64,000 nt of DNA, from positions 153,122 through 217,121 of the forward strand of contig CDMY01001057.1 of the NCBI GenBank assembly GCA_001179505.1. The letters run 5' to 3'. Made by a program: the position numbers and the translations under genes. Numbering within the stretch: position 1 is the first letter of the stretch; every line of letters starts with the position of its first letter. Shown here in pieces: positions 57,841-64,000 of this stretch. Below the pieces are notes generated by a model. That model ran no database searches. It saw only the letters and a list, made by a program, of their open reading frames with translations, and was not told where the DNA came from. This DNA is from Vitrella brassicaformis CCMP3155 (lineage: Eukaryota > Protista > Chromerida).

Positions 57841-58426
57841 CACTCTGACGCGGGACTCGCGGCGGGAGAATGCTCACGGCGAGCGAGATCCGATGAGGTG
57901 CAGAGTCATCTGAGCTTCTCGACGAAACTTCACGATCAGATCTACTGAATACAGACTGCTTCTCTCACGTGGTGCATCCCTACAGCCCCTTTGGGGAGGG
58001 AAAGGCCAGAAGCAAAGAAAGCTCGCAGGTTAACAGGAGGTCTTGTTCAAGGAGAAGAGGGAAGCAACAAATACTGGCGAACACACGGATGGGTGAATGA
58101 TGAATGAATGAATGAATGAATCAACAATTAAGCGATTGTCAATGAGTGAGCGAATGGATGATGAGAACGGCACTCACGCACATTGAATTTGTGGGCAGAA
58201 AATGTGCAGACAAGACGACAACCAACCTCACGGTGACATCCTCCAGCACGGTGTCAAAGTCATCATTCAATGCATGCATACGTCACACACGTCAGTGCAT
58301 GCGCCATGAGTGACGCGGGAAGCAAAGTGGTCTGCCCGCTTCTCCCATCTCACACTAGCTATGCTATCTACAGACCGGCCGGCGAGTCAGTCAGCGAGGG
58401 AGTGAGTGATTCATAGCGTCGGCTGG

Positions 58427-59295
58427 TCACTTGGTGCCTTTGTTCTTCTCCAGTTCCTTGATGATGAGGTCCCACTGCACCAGCAGAGTCGAGATGGCAT
58501 TCATCTGAGGAATGGATGGATTCATCAATCACCACACGCAAGACACCCATCCATCAATCACGCATTCAGGACCATTCGTGTCGGAGGTGTGTGCGGAGGA
58601 GCTCACCGTCATGGCGTAGTTGTCGACCAGCTGCTCCACCTCCTGGTTGAGCCGCACCGTCGCGTCAGCCAACAGGTGGCCTCGCGACTCGATCTTCTCC
58701 AACTGCTTGGCGTACGTGGGCATCTCTGCATCAACACACACACACACACACACACACACAGATACACATACACATACACATTGCATGGTGTCGTGTGTGT
58801 CATGCCGACCCACTCCATCTCACCCTTCATGATAGGTGGGTTGATGAACTGCTCCATCTCCTCCACTTCCTTGAGCTGCTGGGCTGTCTGGCGTAGGAAG
58901 TCGGCCTGCTCCAACACATACGCCCGCTTGGCCGCCGTGTTCATGACAACGTCAGACAGATCCGCATGCTCCGCCTTCAGCCACGACTGAATGCTCTTGT
59001 CTGAACAGACAGACAGACAGACAGACAGCCAGACAGACATGGATGAACCAACCGCCAAAGAGGATGCAGCGTCATCTCTCTCGCGTCGTGTAGGCCTACA
59101 TCGCTCTTCAAATTCGCGGATGGGACCCTCGAAAATGCGGTTGCACTTGCCGGTGAGCTCCGCTATCTGCTTCTTGACCGACACGGGCTTGCCGCCCCCT
59201 TTCTGGCCCTCCATGTCTGCCATCCCCAGCAGCGCCTCGCACATGTCCACCCGCTTCTCCAAACGCTCCAGATGAGCCCTCACGTCCACATTCAT
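58427..59295 (-). CDS. DCTN3: Dynactin subunit 3 (p22/p24), 4 exons
   Basis: LERLEKRV...KRAYVLEQADFLRQTAQQLKEVEEMEQFINPPIMK|EMPTYAKQLEKIE...VEQLVDNYAMT|MNAISTLLVQWDLIIKELE matches the p22 family pattern and length (~190 aa). Confidence 0.8.
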
Positions 59296-59531
59296 CCTGG
59301 CGAACGTCCACAAAAAATGAAGGCAGCTTGCTCGCGAAGTCCTGGGTGACACACAACCCGCCTCAGGGCGCCTCAAGAACGAGGAAAGAAGACCTCTCGT
59401 ATCCTCCCCTCTCGCCCCACAAGCTCGCAGCCGAAGTGGGAAAGGGAAGAAGGCAAGGAACCAGCAACCGGCTGATACGATTGTGACAATCGGCTTGCCT
59501 GATCAAGCGTCCGAGCGAGATCGGCAGTTGC

Positions 59532-61476
59532 ATGATGTCGGTGATAGGCCGGAGCATCTATCGCAGCGCCCTGAGGGCGGCAGCGAGGATAGATGAATCT
59601 CCCGTCAACAAGTACGCCACCCAGCACAGATGCATTCACCCAGATCCTTCAATGCACACCACACACATGATCTGTGCACATGGTGTGTGCAGGTCGCTGG
59701 TCTTCTCCCGCCCCACCTCTATCTGGAATCGCCGTGACCGCTCCATCCTCCACTTCCCGCCCTCACACTCAGGCGATGCAGATCAGCGGCCCGCCACGTC
59801 TGCAGCAGACGCCCTGCTCAGAGAATTCACATCGGGAGGCGAGCACTACCGCCCTGAGGCCTCGCTGCTGCACGTGCTGAGGTCGCATTTCAGGCAAAAG
59901 AGGGCGCCGGGCGAGCTGAGCGACCTCGAGGGCACCGGGGGCTTCAGGCTGTTGAGGCAGCTCAACAACGTGGTCGACACCTTCGAGAGGTTCCCGCCGC
60001 CCGTGACGTTCCCGCATGTGTTGGGGAGTGACATCCCTGCGCTGCCGTACCACCCTGTGCCGCTCTCGGAGGACAAGCTGAGGGTGGGCTCACTGCTCGT
60101 GGCACACCCGGCGGCATGTGTCTTCCAGGTCAGGCAGAGCGGCAGCAAACCACACACGGATGGTCACCTGTTTCTCTTCTGTGTGTGTGGGTGTTGATGT
60201 CCGTCAGCCGGTGCTTTATCGCAGTGTGATTCTGTTGACCCACGCCCTTGACGGCTCCATCATGGGAGTGGTGCTCAACCACCCCCTGCCCACCACAGTC
60301 GGCCACTTCCTGCAACAATCAAGGGAAAACCCGACAACACAACAGCAACCGCAGCAACCACAGCAACCACAGCAGCAGACCTCGCCCCCGTCCCCCCCTT
60401 CACCCCCCTCCACCCCTCCAGAGGCCTCCCCCTCCCCTGCCCCTCCGAAAGAGCAGGAGGCAGCACCAGCACCAACACCAGGGAGTGAGGAGACCAAGGC
60501 GGCAGACGAGGGCAAAAAGGGCAGTGAGGCGGCCATACCTGAAGGCACCGGCAGTGGGAGCTCGTCAAAGTCCCCTGACTTCGAGAGGCTGCTGGAGCCC
60601 TTTGCGCACAATCGGCTGTTCAGGGGCGGCGATGCACTCGAAAGAAAGTCAGGCACACGCAATGCAGCACAACACAGCATAGCACAATTCAAGGAAGTGC
60701 TTCCAGATGAGCGCGCGGATGATCTCTGTCTGTGTGCAGTGTGGTGATAGTGCATGACGTCGAGGAGGTGGAGTCGAAGCGGCTCATCACTCCGGGTCTG
60801 TTCCTGGGAGCTGACCTTGAACAGGCAGCCGAATTGGTCAGTCAGTCGGACAGATACACAATCTCATAGAGACGCCCATGACAGCCGGCGTGTGTCCATC
60901 TCTGCGCTTTTCAGGTTCGGAGTGGCAAGGTGGCGCCATCTCGGTTCCGATTCTTCCTTGGTAGACAAACCGGCTGCATGAGGGACAGGACATCGAAGCA
61001 TCCACACATTTCTGTTGGTGTTACTCTTGTTGCCCAGGAATGTGCGGCTGGACCGTCCCTCAACTGCAGGTATTGTACGCCATGAATGCTGCCACACAGA
61101 CAGACAGTCTCAAGTGGCTGACCTGGTATGTTACCTCTCTTCTGTGCAGCTTGAGTGCGACCGCCATGTGTGGTTCGTATCACGGGAGGAGTTTTCATCC
61201 GATGACACAGCGGCCAACGCGACAGACGCCTCACAGCCAAAGGACGAGACCAGCACCGCCGCACCCACTCAGGAGGCCCAGGCCCCTCGTGGCAGCCCCA
61301 GGGAACGCGCAGCCATCGAGCGGTTTGCGTTTGTCGATGTGCGTGATGAGGAGGAGCTGAAGGACTTCCGCGCCTCTCTGTGGGGGTCGGCGATGCAGAG
61401 TCTGGGGAAGGGGGGCGGCGGCGAGGAGTTCCAGAGGCTGGCCGAGTTCCCAAGGGGAGATGTCGTCTTCAAGTGA
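59532..61476 (+). CDS. YqgE/AlgH (UPF0301, DUF179) domain protein with N-terminal extension
   Basis: GSLLVAHP...FQ|PVLYRSVILLTH...GSIMGVVLNHP; LFRGGD; RFFL|GMCGWTVPQLQ|LECDRHVWFV; LWGSAMQSLG..EF..LAEFP. Confidence 0.8.
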
Positions 61477-61938
61477 GGGCGGCGGAGGAGGACGCAGCAC
61501 CTCGTGGGCGCATCTAGGTTGCATGTTATGTTGTTTGTGTGTTTGCGCCATCTCAGGGGCATCCAGGAGTTGGCTGAGCGACACTTTGAGGAGCACTATC
61601 GGCCCGTACTGACTTCGCTGCATCCTGCAGGGCCGTCAGCATAGCCACGGCTAGAAACGAAGGGAATGGGGATTCATCGTCTGAGTGACTGACTGACCCG
61701 CCAACGGGTTGCTGACAGTTCACTGCACAGTTGTCAGTGCAAATCAGTGACTTGTGAGTTGTTATGAGCGCTACGACGTTGACGAGATGGACACTGTGAC
61801 ATTTGGCGATGTTGAAAGGTTTGAGATCTGCTTGCAGGGGTAAGGCGCTAGGGCGGGCGTGAACCCATCGTGATGCAGAGATCTGATCTCTGAGGGAAAA
61901 AGGAAAAGAGAGCATACAGCGCCCTGCCTCCCTCCCCC

Positions 61939-62892
61939 ATGACCCACTCAGCAGACCCCGCTGTTGATTCGAGGCCGAGAACAGCCCCAGCCACCCTCCA
62001 TCACCACTACGACGCAGCAGCTGCCATCAAGGACAACTGCTACTGCATTGGCGACTCCACAGACTGGCAGAGCGCCAACATCGTCGAGCTGCTCGACCTC
62101 AAGCCCGGCCACCGAGTCGTCGACATGGGAGCGGGTGAGGGAGGAAAGGAAAAATGGATGGAACCACCAGGATCTCTTCTCAAGCATTCCTGCTGCCTCT
62201 TTCTCTGTCTGCAGGTGATGGGGCCTTCGCATCTGTCATCCACAGGCGGGCCTCACTGCGGCGGCGCACTGTTTGTGTGGACCCTTCCGCCAACATGACA
62301 GCCAAGGCGCAGCAGCGGCCAAGCGTCGAGGCCGTCAACGAAGACTGCATCACCTTCACCACGCGGCCAGAGGAGAGCTACGACAGGATCTTCTTCAAGG
62401 AGGTGGTGCACCACCTGCCCATAGCGGACCTCCCATCCATCTTCCGCAACGTCCACAAGCAGCTGACGCCCGGCGGTGTGGTGCTCATCGCCACGCGACC
62501 GAAGTCGGCAGACCATGTGCCCATATTTCCACGCGCGCGGGAGGTGTGGAGTGCCAATCAGCCTGCTGAGGAGGTGTTCCTGGGTGCTCTGCGGGATGGC
62601 GGCTTTGACGACGTGACTGTGGAGAAGCGGGGGTTTGCCATGCGTGTGCCTAGGGATGAGTGGCTGGCGCTGTGTCGGTCTCGGTTCTGGTCGTGCTTCG
62701 CGCCACTGACCGACGATGAGATGGAGAAGGTGAGCAGACGACAGGAGCGGACAGGCGAGAGAGAAGGAACTTGGGAAGTGAATGTATCTTTGTTTGTGTT
62801 TTCAGGGTATGGCTGACTTGGAGAGGTCCCTGGCTGGTGTGGATGTGGTCGAGTGGACCGACACATACATCTACATCAAGGCGAGCAAGTAG
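61939..62892 (+). CDS. Class I SAM-dependent methyltransferase, 3 exons
   Basis: Motif I VVDMGA|GDG, CVDPSANM, YDRIFFKEVVHHL, QLTPGGVVLI; stop at 62890-62892. Confidence 0.88.
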
Positions 62893-63294
62893 CAGACAGG
62901 CCATGAGTTGACACCATTTAGTGCCGTGTGTATGCTGCTGCTTCAAAGAAACAGGAATGCAACTCACTGTATGTATCCTTTACATCCGTGTGCACAAACA
63001 GGAAAGGCTCAAGATAGGATTCGGCTTCCAGGCCGCAGTAGATCAGTGCTGTCAAAATCCGCAGTGCAGATGATAGATCTCCGCCTTGGGTGGCAGTCTG
63101 CAAACGTAGCCGCCTATATCCGCCGCCATATAAGGATCAGAAAGCTTCCAGCCTCCGTGCAAGCTTTCGATGGATCGCCAGGAACAAAAAAGAGCGTGTT
63201 TCATCACATTTTGGCCAGAAGGGCACTCCTGTAGCGTTGTAGGACCGCCACACATCGGAAGATTAGCGAAAAGTTGGGAGAGGTGTGTGGTGAG

Positions 63295-63633
63295 ATGACT
63301 GAGGCGTCGTCGCTGGTGAAGGTGGTCGTGGGATCAGGCGATGCGCAGCAAACCTTCTACGAGCACAAGGTGAGGTCCAGCAGAAATGGGTGGCTGACAG
63401 CGGAGGGTGAATGGTGTCGCCCACATGCTTTTGTGTGTGACTGCACTGCAGGGGTGAGGTACTCGCGTTACTTCGCTGCCGCTCTCGATGGTGATGGGTT
63501 CGCCGAGAACGCCGCCCAGTCTGTCGAGGTGCCCTCCATCCATCCCGAGACCTTCAAGCACATGAGCTGGCTGCTCCGCTCGGCAGATGTGAGCGACCCG
63601 CAGGTAGAACTACAGCTCCATGTGGACCGATAA
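63295..63633 (+). pseudogene. BTB/POZ-domain fragment
   Basis: LVKVVVGSG...TFYEHK...SRYFAAALDGDGFAENAAQSVEVPSIHPETF; the canonical splice gives an immediate stop and the domain is truncated. Confidence 0.5.
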
Positions 63634-63942
63634 GTGATTTGCTTGCTCTGTTCTTGCATTTCAGGTCCTCAAGGCACAGATGGCCGGCATGAAGTGTCAG
63701 AATAGGGGGGAGAGAGTCGGGGAGAATGGTGAAGAGAGGATCTGCCGGGCGGTCAGTCCCCGGATAAAGGATGAAGTCAATGCAACGTAAGGTCTGTGGA
63801 TTTTGTGGAGAGTCCACGTAGGACATGTAGTATGCGTCAGTCCATTCTGTCTGACGTCCTGTCCGCCATGGCCTGTCTCATGGAACGGACAAAGACTCAA
63901 CAGCCGTCCTGTCTCACAGATCAGTGGATCGTCGGTCTATGA

Positions 63943-63963
63943 ACCCTAGACCCTAAACCCTGG
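63943..63963 (+). promoter_or_regulatory. Telomere-like 21-mer ACCCTAGACCCTAAACCCTGG (second copy)
   Basis: Exact reverse complement of 15570-15590; any downstream gene lies outside the window. Confidence 0.45.
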
Positions 63964-64000
63964 ACCGACTTGCACTTCTGACACCCCCTCTCAAGTCGGT

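Noticed and set aside
62918-63103. 61-aa minus-strand ORF
   Set aside because: Starts at a non-ATG codon, no motif, lies in the 3' region of the methyltransferase.

Overview
GC-rich, intron-dense eukaryotic DNA with short GT-AG introns full of (AC)n, (GT)n and (GACA)n repeats. Gene content and intron style suggest an alveolate, probably a chromerid such as Vitrella; this is inference and no database was checked. Well-supported intact multi-exon genes: a MATCAP/KIAA0895-family HExxxH metallopeptidase, a 2xRRM RNA-binding protein, PGM2-type phosphohexomutase, a very large GH13-like + GT5 + CBM48 starch/alpha-glucan synthase, arginase, an ABHD17/ABHD13-like alpha/beta-hydrolase, a duplication-built ankyrin/coiled-coil/RING locus, dynactin p24 (DCTN3), a YqgE/AlgH (DUF179) protein and a class I SAM methyltransferase. 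The 15.6-27.5 kb interval and both window ends are rich in gene fragments: a broken D-cysteine desulfhydrase, an arylsulfotransferase fragment, RING remnants, a BTB fragment and frameshifted paralogues of the ankyrin-locus N-terminus. Best candidates for novelty: (1) a 561-bp element at 15595-16155 with Helitron-type ends that carries two tandem tRNA-derived Pol III promoter cassettes, inserted between two divergent genes next to a telomere-like motif; (2) a transcription-oriented intron polarity (AC-rich 5' half, GU-rich 3' half, self-complementary) on both strands; (3) a GH13 domain with half its catalytic motifs missing, fused to the glucan synthase, next to a cluster of CDPK/AMPK-type sites. 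No rRNA, intact tRNA or CRISPR was found. Two 300-N gaps are present. Exon boundaries were inferred by eye.
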